DNA from: Nitrososphaerota archaeon
Lineage (GTDB): Archaea; Thermoproteota; EX4484-205; JAAOZP01
NCBI GenBank assembly: GCA_011605725.1
Contig: JAAOZP010000014.1
Location: 1-64,000, forward strand
DNA: 64,000 nt
Direction: 5' to 3'
Shown here: one piece after another, positions 1 through 10,096 of the stretch
Numbering within the stretch: the first letter of the stretch is position 1
Layout: each line of letters opens with the position of its first letter
Made by a program: the position numbers and the translations under genes
Notes under the pieces: generated by a model
Seen by the model: only the letters and a program-made list of their open reading frames with translations
The model's database searches: none
What the model was told of the DNA's origin: nothing

Positions 1-1032
1 ATCCTCCAGCATCAGGTCAATAATCTCTTGAGGCATTAACCCTTTACAAACCTCGCAGTCGCATTCCTCAAACCTTATCGCAGGATCCCTAAGGTCGTAG
101 GACCATCCATCCCTATAGTAGCATCCGTGCTTAGCCTCCAGAAACCATGAGAGGTTGCTGTAACTCAAACCCTTATGCTTAAGCCTCTGGCCAACACCGT
201 AAACCAGCAGCTCAAGGTCTTTTCCGATTCTCTTGGAAACCCACCTCATGCTCATTACGGCTCCGGGTAACAAATCTTCCAACAGGTTGTCCTCTAAGAG
301 TTCTCTAGCAGGCATTGCGAAGGAAGCATAGCCCATTTTAACCTGCTTCCTAACAGCCCAATCTATCTGAAGGTGGTTAGCACCCTTAACAAGGCCGATC
401 AAAGGAGTATCCAGATTGAGGAAATCGTTAGCAAAGGAGACGAGGCGTATTGTCTGAGACCAAGATAGGAACAACGGGTCGTCAACATAAGTATAATTGT
501 CCGGAACCATCGTGGCGTCAGGCCTAAGGTCTCCGATCAGCTTGAAGTAATCTTTCGTTTCAAGCTTGTCAATCAGTTCGTCGGGCATGACTGTGGAAAG
601 AAAAATCCTACCGTTAAAATTCAAGGAGTCGTGCAGACCCTTTGACGAGGCTTTCCTTAGAGTTTCTTCGTTAGTCAATAACTGCCAGAGGGGAACGAAG
701 ACCTCGGGCAATTCAACACCGTATCTCCAGAACCATGACCTCTCATCATTAACATCTACCTCAGGCACGAATCCCTGAAAACCAACCTTAGCCATAGGCC
801 TCCTGCCCAATGAGGGTGTTTGAACAGGTGTTCTCCCCGTTGTTCTAACTGGGCAATAGGGCTTGAGTCTGCAGAAGGACCTGGGATATGTTATTCCCGT
901 ATAGTGAAAACCTCTTTGGCATTGTGCTATGAGGCACATCTTGAAAGAACAGCCGCGGCAAAGCCTAGAAGCAAAGTAATAACAATCCTTACAACCCTCA
1001 TGCCCACACCACCCTCTCCTCAAGGATATCAC
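1..1032 (-). CDS. TGT (tRNA/DNA-guanine transglycosylase)-like protein with Cys-rich N-terminal domain; runs off the left edge
   Basis: Hand translation (not in ORF track): open frame from GTG 1032 (or TTG 1023) to base 1. Reads ..WCGHEGCKDC..CRGC..C..C.. then MAKVGFQGFVPEVDV..PDNYTYVDDP..ECDCEVC (CxCxxC). Paralog at 59950-60700. Confidence 0.7.
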   Translation of the reverse strand, partial: MISLRRGWCGHEGCKDCYYFASRLCRGCSFKMCLIAQCQRGFHYTGITYPRSFCRLKPYCPVRTTGRTPVQTPSLGRRPMAKVGFQGFVPEVDVNDERSWFWRYGVELPEVFVPLWQLLTNEETLRKASSKGLHDSLNFNGRIFLSTVMPDELIDKLETKDYFKLIGDLRPDATMVPDNYTYVDDPLFLSWSQTIRLVSFANDFLNLDTPLIGLVKGANHLQIDWAVRKQVKMGYASFAMPARELLEDNLLEDLLPGAVMSMRWVSKRIGKDLELLVYGVGQRLKHKGLSYSNLSWFLEAKHGCYYRDGWSYDLRDPAIRFEECDCEVCKGLMPQEIIDLMLED

Positions 1033-1107
1033 TACCTAAAACCATTTCACCGTTTAGAATTTAAAAGCTTCCCCAAACCATAGTTCTCAAGCCTGTCAAA
1101 AATGATA

Positions 1108-1161
1108 GATTGAGGCTCCAGTCCCGTAGGGGTTCGTGGGTTCAAATCCCACCCCCCCGCA
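1108..1161 (+). other. 3' half of tRNA-Leu(GAG); probable att site or tRNA remnant
   Basis: TTGAGGC anticodon loop, long variable arm CCCGTAGGG, T arm GTGGG-TTCAAAT-CCCAC and 3' end CCCCGCA. No matching 5' acceptor strand upstream. Confidence 0.75.
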
Positions 1162-1347
1162 CTTTCAGTTTCGTTTATCGTCAACTAACCTCTTCGAGAA
1201 TGGTGTAGAGAGTATTCAGGTCCTGAATACCTTCTTGGAATTGTTCTTCTACCAATTCGAATGGTAAGGGCGTCTGTCTACTTGATGTGTTACTTTTTTG
1301 GGCCTTAAACCTTATATCTGCGTCTTCTTGTATGCTGAAACAGTAGA

Positions 1348-2271
1348 TTGATAACTATCGCGATGACTCTGAAAAACTCGGTTAAAACTTTACCGGATGT
1401 TCTACAGGGTATTAAAAACCTTCAATATGATAAGAAGAGGATAAGAATAGTTTTTGTTGACGGTGGTTCAACAGATGGTTCCTTAAAGGTTTTAGAAGAA
1501 TTCAGAAACCAGAATAGCGATGAGTATGATGATATTAAGATAATTTCCGGAAGTTATGATATTACGGAGGGCCGTAACATTTGTATTCATAATGCGGATG
1601 GAGATTTTATATTGTTCATCGACTCTGATGTTGTTGTTCCTCCAGGTTTATTATCGGGGGTAGAAAGACTTTTCTCTTCCGATCCGAGGCTTGCGTTTAT
1701 AAACGTTCCATGTGTAGTAGAAGAGAAGCAGCAAGGCTGGGTCGATAAATTTTTTGATTCGATGGATGAACCAATAGGTATGAGTTGCGCAGCCATAAAG
1801 ATTTCAGCCTTAAAAGAAGTCGGACCCTACTTTATAGGATTTCCAGGAGGAGGAGAAAATCCTAACGAGCTGGTTCTCAGGTTGAGGAAAAAAGGTTATA
1901 GGAATACTGTTTATGAGGGAACTGCCTTACATATTAAGCAGAAACCCAGAGGCTTCTTTCATTATGTTAAGAGCTGTTTTTACTCTTCAAGTCTACATCA
2001 TCTTCAAGAGATTAAAGCGGGAAATAGATTTGTTATGATGAAATATGGCTATTATACGATGTTACTTGTTTCACTATTTTTGGTCACGGTCCTACCTTAT
2101 CTCTTTATATCACTCATTGTAATCGGAGTTATTTACTACCTGATTAAATCTAAAGGAGATCCGATTGTTCTTCCAGCTTTGCTTGTAGGCGTAATTTTGC
2201 CCATCGGACTAATTTTCCACCTTTTAAAAGGTGAAAGTTGGGAACAAAAATATAAGAAAAATATTTCTTAA
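1348..2271 (+). CDS. GT2 glycosyltransferase with C-terminal membrane helices
   Basis: VDGGSTDGS and FIDSD (DxD) motifs; hydrophobic C-terminus. Confidence 0.9.
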   Translation: MITIAMTLKNSVKTLPDVLQGIKNLQYDKKRIRIVFVDGGSTDGSLKVLEEFRNQNSDEYDDIKIISGSYDITEGRNICIHNADGDFILFIDSDVVVPPGLLSGVERLFSSDPRLAFINVPCVVEEKQQGWVDKFFDSMDEPIGMSCAAIKISALKEVGPYFIGFPGGGENPNELVLRLRKKGYRNTVYEGTALHIKQKPRGFFHYVKSCFYSSSLHHLQEIKAGNRFVMMKYGYYTMLLVSLFLVTVLPYLFISLIVIGVIYYLIKSKGDPIVLPALLVGVILPIGLIFHLLKGESWEQKYKKNIS

Positions 2272-2284
2272 TCGCGGGGCTAAA

Positions 2285-3187
2285 TTAAATATCATGGCCA
2301 TAACCATCAATATGCGCTCTGAGGAAACCCCATATCCATGCCGTCCTCTTCCATGCATAGTGAAAAGGTATTATCACACTCGATATGTCTCTAAAAGTCC
2401 TATATGCTTCGATTCCGAGCCTAATTCCTGCTATGAAAGCAATAGGTGGTAGAAAACGATACGGGTTTACGACACCGCTATGTTTATGGGAAATGAAATG
2501 AGAACCGTATCCCCACCAGGAGTATTCTTTCCATAACGATCTCCACCTTGTTCTCATTATGTGTTTGAACTTCGCATTAGGGTTCATTTTTAGTTTCCAT
2601 CCCGCCTTCTTTATCCTGAGAGAAATATCATTATCCTCCCCAGCTCCTCTTATTCTAGTATCGTATCCTCCCACTGCTTTCACTGCCGAAATTCTATATA
2701 TTGCTCCGGCCCCCCCTAAAGTGTCAAGGTCTTTATATAGTCTTTTCAAGCAGTAGAGATACCAGGAGTAACCCTCTAACTTAGAGACTATGTTCGTTGC
2801 TATATACTCCATCACTCCTCCTGCACCGCCTATGTCGGGATTCTTCTCCATGAAATCTACATGTTTGCTAACAAAGTCAGGATATAGAACATGGTCACCA
2901 TCAACCCAAATTACGTATTCCCCCAATGCATGGTTAACAACGATTTCTCTAGCATATGCCAATCCCTTGCCTTCGTCGCATAATAGAATCCAATTAACAG
3001 GCAAATCTTTTAACATAGTCCTTATAATATCCAATGTATTATCTGAAGATAACCCATCAACTACTATTAATTGAAGATTTTCTAAAGGGAAATCTTGGGT
3101 TAATATGCTTTCAATAGTCATTTTTATTGTGGAAGCGTTGTTCTTGACGCAAATACCTAAAGTCACAAGCGGTAACTGTCGATTCAT
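2285..3187 (-). CDS. GT2 glycosyltransferase
   Basis: VVDGLSSDNT, WVDGD and GEDND motifs. Confidence 0.9.
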   Translation of the reverse strand: MNRQLPLVTLGICVKNNASTIKMTIESILTQDFPLENLQLIVVDGLSSDNTLDIIRTMLKDLPVNWILLCDEGKGLAYAREIVVNHALGEYVIWVDGDHVLYPDFVSKHVDFMEKNPDIGGAGGVMEYIATNIVSKLEGYSWYLYCLKRLYKDLDTLGGAGAIYRISAVKAVGGYDTRIRGAGEDNDISLRIKKAGWKLKMNPNAKFKHIMRTRWRSLWKEYSWWGYGSHFISHKHSGVVNPYRFLPPIAFIAGIRLGIEAYRTFRDISSVIIPFHYAWKRTAWIWGFLRAHIDGYGHDI

Positions 3188-3251
3188 ATCAACGTTTGCA
3201 CCTACTAGCCTGCGTTAATAACCTTTGCGTTGCCAGAAATAGCAGGCGCTA

Positions 3252-4163
3252 CTAATGATGTTTGGTTTTTCCCAATAGAGCATCTTCGTTGTTAAAAGAT
3301 CTGCTTATAAATAGACCGAAAATAAAGCCTAACTGTGCAACCATCTTAATCAGATAGTAGCGCATATTTTTTCTGTTAATCAGCATTTTGATTAGATAGA
3401 CTACTATTAGTCTAAAGCATCCTAGCGTCTTTCTTAGATGTGTGGATACAGGATATTGTATGCATTCTGTAATACCCTGGTACCAAACTCTTCTTAAAAG
3501 ATAGGACATTGTAAGTCTATTTGGATAAACTTTATGGTATACCTCAAGATCCTTCTCGAAAACTATTCGTCCATACGCCCTTTTAACTCTTTCAAAGAAC
3601 TCTGTTTCTTCATTTGATATGAGTTTTCCATGAATTCTGCCTAATCGTTCGTTAAAATATCCAACTTTATTAAATGTTTCTTTCTTCACGGCGAAGTTAC
3701 AACCTACCACTCCATGATAACTTATTCCACATAAAATACCAAAGAGTTTCTCATCCCACCATTTAGGAAGAGATGATAGATAAAGAGGTTTGCACGGGCC
3801 TCCCACGATATCAATATCTGCGGTAAACGCCTCTTGTAATTTCTGGTTCCAATTCGGCGTGGCTAATGCATCATCATCAATAAAAGCAATAATATCGCCA
3901 GTAGATAAATGAACCCCAATGTTTCTTGAAGCTGCCAATCCTCGTTCCGTTTCATTTCTTATAATCTTTACGCTTGGTGCTTCAAATTGAAACGGAATCA
4001 AAGAAGCATCGTCAACTACTATAACTTCGAAAGGTGGCTTTCTTTGCCTCAAAACACTGAGAACCGCTTCTTTACAATCCTTATTTCTATTGTAGGTAAC
4101 TATTACTACCGAGGTTTTTAATTTGCTGTACGACTCGTCTGATTCTCTGTCGGGATGATTCAA
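3252..4163 (-). CDS. GT2 glycosyltransferase
   Basis: VVIVTYNR, VVDDAS and FIDDD motifs. Confidence 0.9.
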   Translation of the reverse strand: MNHPDRESDESYSKLKTSVVIVTYNRNKDCKEAVLSVLRQRKPPFEVIVVDDASLIPFQFEAPSVKIIRNETERGLAASRNIGVHLSTGDIIAFIDDDALATPNWNQKLQEAFTADIDIVGGPCKPLYLSSLPKWWDEKLFGILCGISYHGVVGCNFAVKKETFNKVGYFNERLGRIHGKLISNEETEFFERVKRAYGRIVFEKDLEVYHKVYPNRLTMSYLLRRVWYQGITECIQYPVSTHLRKTLGCFRLIVVYLIKMLINRKNMRYYLIKMVAQLGFIFGLFISRSFNNEDALLGKTKHH

Positions 4164-4939
4164 CCTTGCTCGTCTCCCTTACTGGGCTTTGCTTTCAACT
4201 TCCCCTTGTGTGCTAAAAAACCATAAAGATACCCGGCGAATACAAAAGGTCTTAATCTTGCTAAAGAGTGTAAAAATGTCCTTGCCAGCCCTTTTCCTTG
4301 AACATATCTTGCCACTCCAGCTGAAAACTGGGCCTTTATCGTTTTCTTTAAAGTTATTTCTCTAATATGATAGGCTTGAGTATTCATCGTAATGCCTATT
4401 CCATATCCGAGTTCCAATGCTTTATCTTGAATATACGTATCTGGAGCTGGCGCATCAGCAAACCCGCCGATTTTATTCAACACATTGTTCCTTATGAGTA
4501 AGGCGCATCCCCTCGGCCTCCTTGAAGGAGAAATTCTGTAAGTTCTTTCCCATAGGGGTAGGAGTCTTCCCAAAAGCGTTTCGCTTCTCGTAACAACCTT
4601 GCCTCCTATGCAAGCGTCTTTTTCTCCTATTTCTGATAATAAGACCTCAAAATAATTAGGCTCCATCACAACATCGGCATCAACTATGGCGTAGAACTCG
4701 GAATTCATTCTCAACCTTGCGAGCTCAAGGTTCTCAGCGTAGGAGTTTTCCCATCTCTTCTCCCTTTTTTCTATCACTTCCACCGGAAACTCCTTCACTA
4801 TTTCTCCAGTTCTATCGGTGCACCTATCTAATACTACAATCACTTTCTCAGGCTTAACCGTCTGAAGAAAAACTGATTCTAAGGCCTTCTTAATATACTT
4901 CTCCTCGTTATGTGCACACATAACAACGCTATATGACAT
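4160..4939 (-). CDS. GT2 glycosyltransferase
   Basis: CAHNEE, LDRCTDRT and VDAD motifs. Confidence 0.9.
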   Translation of the reverse strand: MSYSVVMCAHNEEKYIKKALESVFLQTVKPEKVIVVLDRCTDRTGEIVKEFPVEVIEKREKRWENSYAENLELARLRMNSEFYAIVDADVVMEPNYFEVLLSEIGEKDACIGGKVVTRSETLLGRLLPLWERTYRISPSRRPRGCALLIRNNVLNKIGGFADAPAPDTYIQDKALELGYGIGITMNTQAYHIREITLKKTIKAQFSAGVARYVQGKGLARTFLHSLARLRPFVFAGYLYGFLAHKGKLKAKPSKGDEQG

Positions 4940-5155
4940 TCTTCTTTTGCGTTGTAGTTAAAAAGGATGTTAAAAGGGTTTCGGTTCATTAAGGTGAAGC
5001 GAGGTTTATAACCTGGTCGTCTCTACTAATACTTCCGCCTTGCCATGGTAATTGCTTCATTGCAACTCAGATTCGGCAATGTGTGCTGCAAGGATCCTTA
5101 CTCGTCGGGTTTATAATCAGGTTTCCCCGTTTAAATTCCAGAATCTTGCTTTAAG

Positions 5156-5440
5156 TTAATCCTTTATTTCTTCGAGGAGGGTGAGCGAGCTCCATATTCT
5201 TGTTCTTGATATTGTTGAAAGATTCGGATCCTGGCTTATCTCGTCTAGAACATTTATGGCTGCTGCCGCTCTGATACCTGGGGTAGTAGTTTTCTTTGAA
5301 AGGCTGTTAATAACCTCTTTAATGCTGTTTCTAATGTTGCGGGGGGTGGTTACGTCGTTAACCACGAAGCTCAACATCTCCACCGCCTTCAGGATTTTCT
5401 CCTCGTTCTCCAAGTCTCTCCTACGCGGCGTCTTAGACAT
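5156..5440 (-). CDS. UPF0147 family protein
   Basis: TPRNIR..A..LDEISQDPN..RTRIW pattern; start moved to ATG 5440. Confidence 0.8.
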   Translation of the reverse strand: MSKTPRRRDLENEEKILKAVEMLSFVVNDVTTPRNIRNSIKEVINSLSKKTTTPGIRAAAAINVLDEISQDPNLSTISRTRIWSSLTLLEEIKD

Positions 5441-5537
5441 TTTCCACACTCTCCTCAGTATGTTATGAGACAATAGGGTTTTAATATGTGTTTCTCCATT
5501 TCCCTTAAATAATCCCACATAGAGATGGATTAGGAGA

Positions 5538-5867
5538 ATGTCCTACGAAAAGTTCGATATTAAGAAGATGGCGGAGGCTTTGCAGAAAGGCTCTGTAATG
5601 ATGGCGGTTCATTGCGAGTCTTGCGGAGCACCGTTATTCAGGCATAAAGACGGAAGGATAGAGTGTGTTAACTGCGGCAGGCTCTACCGCCTCACCCCCG
5701 GCACGGGAAGCGTTGAGGAGCTTCCCCCCTTAGAGTACCTCAAAGAGGACGCAGTATCGCTTCTAAGAGATGTTGAGAAACTCCTGTTAAACACTAGGGA
5801 TGAGCTTAAATTGAGAAGCATCGTCGAAGCTTTGAAAAAACTCAGGGATGAGCTTGGAACGGGTTGA
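5538..5867 (+). CDS. UPF0148 / autoantigen-p27-like Zn-ribbon protein
   Basis: MAEALQKGSVM..CESCGAPLF..CVNC; usual neighbour of UPF0147. Confidence 0.75.
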   Translation: MSYEKFDIKKMAEALQKGSVMMAVHCESCGAPLFRHKDGRIECVNCGRLYRLTPGTGSVEELPPLEYLKEDAVSLLRDVEKLLLNTRDELKLRSIVEALKKLRDELGTG

Positions 5868-5870
5868 AAA

Positions 5871-8135
5871 ATGGCTGCTCCGCAAAGCATCTTCAACACG
5901 GATCCGGAGGGCTTTATCACGCATCCTTTGATTAAAAACGGGAAGGTTCGTGCAAGAAGCTACCAGACGAATATTTCTCTAGCTGCTCTTAAAGGCAATA
6001 CTCTCGTAGTGCTGCCTACTGGACTGGGGAAGACTGTGATAGCTCTCCTAGTGGCTGCTGAAAGGCTTCGGACGGGCAAGGGGGTCTGCGTGGTTTTAGC
6101 GCCGACCAAGCCTCTGGTGGAGCAGCACTATAATTTTTTCAAGGATTGCCTGAACATTGACACGGGTCTTATAGCACTTTGGACAGGGGAGACTCCTGTT
6201 GCGAAAAGGGTTTTCACCGATTACAGGCTTGTATTCGCAACCCCGCAACTCTTCAGGAACGAGATTCTTAAAGGGAATGTTCAGCTTAGCCATGTAGGAC
6301 TCATTGTTTTCGACGAGGCTCATAGGGCTAAAGGAAACTATGCTTACATAACTATTGCTCAACGCTATGTTTCAGAATGCTCGTCCCCATTAATACTGGG
6401 GTTGACAGCCTCGCCGGGCTCCTGTAGGGAGGATATTGAGGAGCTGATGAGAAACCTTGCGATAAAAAACCTGGAGTTCAGGACTCGGGACGACAGGGAT
6501 GTTGCTCCTTACGTTAAGAGGGTTGAGTATCATCTAATACCCGTGCCTCTGAGCCCGCTGGTCAAGGAAGCCAGGTCGCTTATTCAAAGCTTCATCAACG
6601 ACCAGATTAACCAGGCGCTTAAAGCGTTTCCCTGGGAGAAGAAGCCGAGCAGCTTCACGGAGATAACGGAGATGGTTAACGCGATTAAAAGCCGTCCTTT
6701 CCTAGATAAGCCTGAGCTCGTGGAGGCTTTGAAAAATCTGGCTAGGGCAAGATACCTTATAACTGCTCTGGAAAGGCTGGACCTGCTTGGCCCAAAATAC
6801 TTCCTTCAGTTCATAAGCAGAATTGTGGAGAGAACTAGGAAACCCGGAGCGCCGAAATACCTGTCTCAAATAATCGCTGACAAGAGGATCCTGGATGCGG
6901 TGGAGCTTCTTAGGCTTCAGAAGGATAATGCTAAGCTGTCGAAGCTTCTTGAGCTTGCTAAGAAGGAGCTTGAATCCGGAGTCAGGAGGATAATAGTTTT
7001 CGCCAGTTACCGTGCGGCTTCGAAAGACATAGAGAAAGAATTATCCTCCGTGGAAGGCTTAAAAGTCACTAGGCTGGTTGGGCAGGCTTCTAAGATCGGT
7101 GACAAGGGACAGTCCCAGAAGGAGCAGGACGAGGTTCTTTCAAGGTTTAAAAGCGGTGAATTTAATGTTCTGGTGGCGACACAAGTCGGCGAAGAAGGGC
7201 TTGACATCTCCTCTTCAGACACTGTAGTCTTCTACGATAATACTCCGAGCGGCATAAGGTTTGTTCAAAGAGTAGGGAGGACGGGTCGAAACGCACCTGG
7301 GAAAGTATATATCCTGTATTTTCAAGATACTCGCGACGAACAGTACCTTTGGATCGCCCGTAGAAGGGAGAGGAGGATGCTGGAGGAGATGAGAATGATT
7401 CAATCGCGAAACGAATCTAAGAAGGAATCCAACTATGCTTTAACCAGGTTTATTCCTCACGGCGAAGCCTTTGAAGATAAAGTGAGTATAATAGTGGATA
7501 ATAGGGAGTCCGCATGCCCTGTTGTCAACGAGCTTGCTCGGCTTGGAGCCAGAATTACTTTCAGCCAGCTTGAGGTTGGGGATTATGTTCTTTCTGAAAG
7601 AATATGCGTGGAGAGGAAGACGGTCAACGATTTCACGTCATCGATAATAGATTCAAGGCTTTTCCAGCAGGCTAAGCTTCTATCGGATTCCTATGAAATA
7701 CCTGTTTTGCTGATAGAGGGGAGGGATGTGTATGCTCCTTTGAGCAATATTCGTCCCAGCGCGATAAGAGGTGCTATTGCAGCGCTCATAACAGGCTACA
7801 AGATTGTTTTAATCTGGTCGAGAGACGCTAGGGAGTCTGCGGAGCTTATTTACGCAATAGCTTTAAGAGAGCAAAAGGAGCTCAAGAAGCATCTTCAGGT
7901 TAGGGGTGAGAAGAAGCCTGAAACCGTTGCTGACCAGCAAGTCTTCCTTCTTTCCGGCTTACCTCTAGTGGAGAGAACTACGGCTATAAAGCTCTTAAAA
8001 TACTTTAAAACCCCCTTGAGGGTTTTCAATGCAAGCGAACAGGATCTCCAGCAGGTTGAGGGGATAGGCGACATTAAGGCTCGCAGAATAAGGGAAGTCT
8101 TAACTAAGGAGTTTAACGAGGAAGATTTAACCTGA
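5871..8135 (+). CDS. hef: Hef helicase-nuclease (SF2 helicase + ERCC4 + HhH)
   Basis: PTGLGKT, DEAH, QRVGRTGR; C-terminal GDY..ERKT..DF and GIG HhH motif. Confidence 0.9.
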   Translation: MAAPQSIFNTDPEGFITHPLIKNGKVRARSYQTNISLAALKGNTLVVLPTGLGKTVIALLVAAERLRTGKGVCVVLAPTKPLVEQHYNFFKDCLNIDTGLIALWTGETPVAKRVFTDYRLVFATPQLFRNEILKGNVQLSHVGLIVFDEAHRAKGNYAYITIAQRYVSECSSPLILGLTASPGSCREDIEELMRNLAIKNLEFRTRDDRDVAPYVKRVEYHLIPVPLSPLVKEARSLIQSFINDQINQALKAFPWEKKPSSFTEITEMVNAIKSRPFLDKPELVEALKNLARARYLITALERLDLLGPKYFLQFISRIVERTRKPGAPKYLSQIIADKRILDAVELLRLQKDNAKLSKLLELAKKELESGVRRIIVFASYRAASKDIEKELSSVEGLKVTRLVGQASKIGDKGQSQKEQDEVLSRFKSGEFNVLVATQVGEEGLDISSSDTVVFYDNTPSGIRFVQRVGRTGRNAPGKVYILYFQDTRDEQYLWIARRRERRMLEEMRMIQSRNESKKESNYALTRFIPHGEAFEDKVSIIVDNRESACPVVNELARLGARITFSQLEVGDYVLSERICVERKTVNDFTSSIIDSRLFQQAKLLSDSYEIPVLLIEGRDVYAPLSNIRPSAIRGAIAALITGYKIVLIWSRDARESAELIYAIALREQKELKKHLQVRGEKKPETVADQQVFLLSGLPLVERTTAIKLLKYFKTPLRVFNASEQDLQQVEGIGDIKARRIREVLTKEFNEEDLT

Positions 8136-8735
8136 TAAATCAAGATTAAGCTTACTCTCGACGATTTTAGTCACTTCCTCCAATACTTCTTCTAAAGGCT
8201 TATCTGCATCAACCATGATTAATTCTCCGTTTTCAACAAGCTTCAGGTAGACGCTCCTTATCTTTTCAAGGAGAGAAATGTCTTCAAACGGTCCTGAAAC
8301 ATTCTTTCTTCTGAGAGCATTCTCCGGGTCTATGTCAAGATAGATTGCTAAATCAGGCGGAGGAACCCTGTTGTTAATGATCCTAACCCATTCAAGGTCG
8401 TTTAACAATCCTCCTTGGTATGCGATGGAGGAATGAACATACCTGTCTGAAATAACATAATAGCCTTTTTCAAGCCTCTTCCTTATGATCCTTTCATAGT
8501 GTTCAACCCTATCTGCTGCAAACAGTAGTGCTAAATAGTATTGCGGAGCATTCCGTATCCTGGAGGCATGGAGCCTTATCAACGCCCCAACCCGCATGAA
8601 TGTTGGTTCAACAGTATAGAAGCAAGGATAGCCCTTCTCCCTGAGTTTCAAATAGAGGCTTGTCGAAACAGTCGTTTTCCCAGACCCGTCTATCCCCTCA
8701 AAGCTTATATGAGCTCCTTTCTCTCTATTCATCAT
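8127..8735 (-). CDS. tmk: Thymidylate kinase
   Basis: [27 protein letters not shown]; start moved to avoid overlapping the HD gene. Confidence 0.9.
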   Translation of the reverse strand: MMNREKGAHISFEGIDGSGKTTVSTSLYLKLREKGYPCFYTVEPTFMRVGALIRLHASRIRNAPQYYLALLFAADRVEHYERIIRKRLEKGYYVISDRYVHSSIAYQGGLLNDLEWVRIINNRVPPPDLAIYLDIDPENALRRKNVSGPFEDISLLEKIRSVYLKLVENGELIMVDADKPLEEVLEEVTKIVESKLNLDLSG

Positions 8736-8780
8736 ACACCTAAAACTTATTAGAGGCTTTATTAAAGATGTCTTGAAGTT

Positions 8781-10085
8781 TTGAAGTATGTAGCGGAGAT
8801 AAGGGATCCGATACACAAATATATTCACATCACTGATGTAGAGAGAAGTATAATAGATACTCCTGTTTTTCAGAGGCTTAGAAGAATTAAGCAGCTGGCT
8901 GGTGCCCACTTAACTTACCCTGGTGCTGTACACACGCGGTTCCTCCATTCACTGGGCGTAATGCTGACAGCCAGTAAAATATTTTCCCACTTGGCTAACT
9001 ATTTTCCTGAAAAGGTGGATAAGGATGGGCTTCAACTCATAAGGCTAGCCGGCATGCTGCACGATATTGGTCATGGACCTTTTTCACACACGTTTGAAGA
9101 AGTACTTAGTGAGAAGAGGGGTATGACTCATGAGGAAGTGGCGTCAATGCTTATAAGCAGGACTGAGATCGCAGATCTGGTTTCTAAAGCAGGGTTTACG
9201 GCAGAAGAGGTTTCTAGGCTTTCCGTAGGAAAAGACGGTTTGAGAGAAAAGTGGGTTAACCAGATAATCTCCAGCTATTTTGACGCTGATATTCTCGATT
9301 ATCTTCCTAGGGATTCTTTCTTTACAGGTGTTGAATACGGCTTAATAGACTCTGAAAGGATCATAGACTCCATGCTTCTATGGGAAGATTCTCTTGCCAT
9401 CGATGAAGCAGCACTATACGCCTTAGAATCCCTATTCATTGCAAGGTACATGATGTTCAAGGCTGTCTACTTTCATAGGACTGTCAGGGCTGCTGTGATA
9501 ATGCTTTCAAGGGCGATGCTTTTAGTTGACGATGCGGTGGGGCTAACTGGGTTTAAAGACCCGGAGGAATATGTCTCTTTGGATGATCATTCAGTAATCC
9601 AAAGAATACTCTCCATGAATGAAACTACTGAGGAGGCTAAGCTGGCTAAAAGGCTCGTAACCGGATATTTAAACAGATCGTTGTTGAAATCAGTGTTCGA
9701 GATAATGATGCATCACGAGGATCCTCTATATCATTCTTTAATCTCTAGACCCTTGCTGCGAGGAAGTCTTGAGAGTGAAATTGCTGAAGAGGCTGGTTTA
9801 ACTCAAAGTCTGGTTTTCCTAGACCTTCCTTCAGTCCCCTCATTACCGTATCATCCTGACTATAGTGGTGAGAAACATGGTGGCTTCGACGTAAAGATAA
9901 TAGGAAGAGAGGATTCTGAGAGAACGCCTAAATCAGTTTTCGACGTTTCCCCTATGGTTCAATCTCTAAAGGGCTTCATGGGTCTTGCAAGGGTATACAC
10001 TTTTCCAGAACACAGGGAAAGGGTCTTTAAAGCCTCTAAAAGAGTTTTTGGAGAAAGGCCGTACTCTTTTAAAATATCTCTTTGA
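8781..10085 (+). CDS. HD-domain dNTP triphosphohydrolase (SAMHD1-like)
   Basis: QRLRRIKQL, HTRFLHSLG, LHDIGHGPFSH, DADILDYL. Confidence 0.9.
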   Translation: MKYVAEIRDPIHKYIHITDVERSIIDTPVFQRLRRIKQLAGAHLTYPGAVHTRFLHSLGVMLTASKIFSHLANYFPEKVDKDGLQLIRLAGMLHDIGHGPFSHTFEEVLSEKRGMTHEEVASMLISRTEIADLVSKAGFTAEEVSRLSVGKDGLREKWVNQIISSYFDADILDYLPRDSFFTGVEYGLIDSERIIDSMLLWEDSLAIDEAALYALESLFIARYMMFKAVYFHRTVRAAVIMLSRAMLLVDDAVGLTGFKDPEEYVSLDDHSVIQRILSMNETTEEAKLAKRLVTGYLNRSLLKSVFEIMMHHEDPLYHSLISRPLLRGSLESEIAEEAGLTQSLVFLDLPSVPSLPYHPDYSGEKHGGFDVKIIGREDSERTPKSVFDVSPMVQSLKGFMGLARVYTFPEHRERVFKASKRVFGERPYSFKISL

Positions 10086-10096
10086 GTTAAGCAGTA

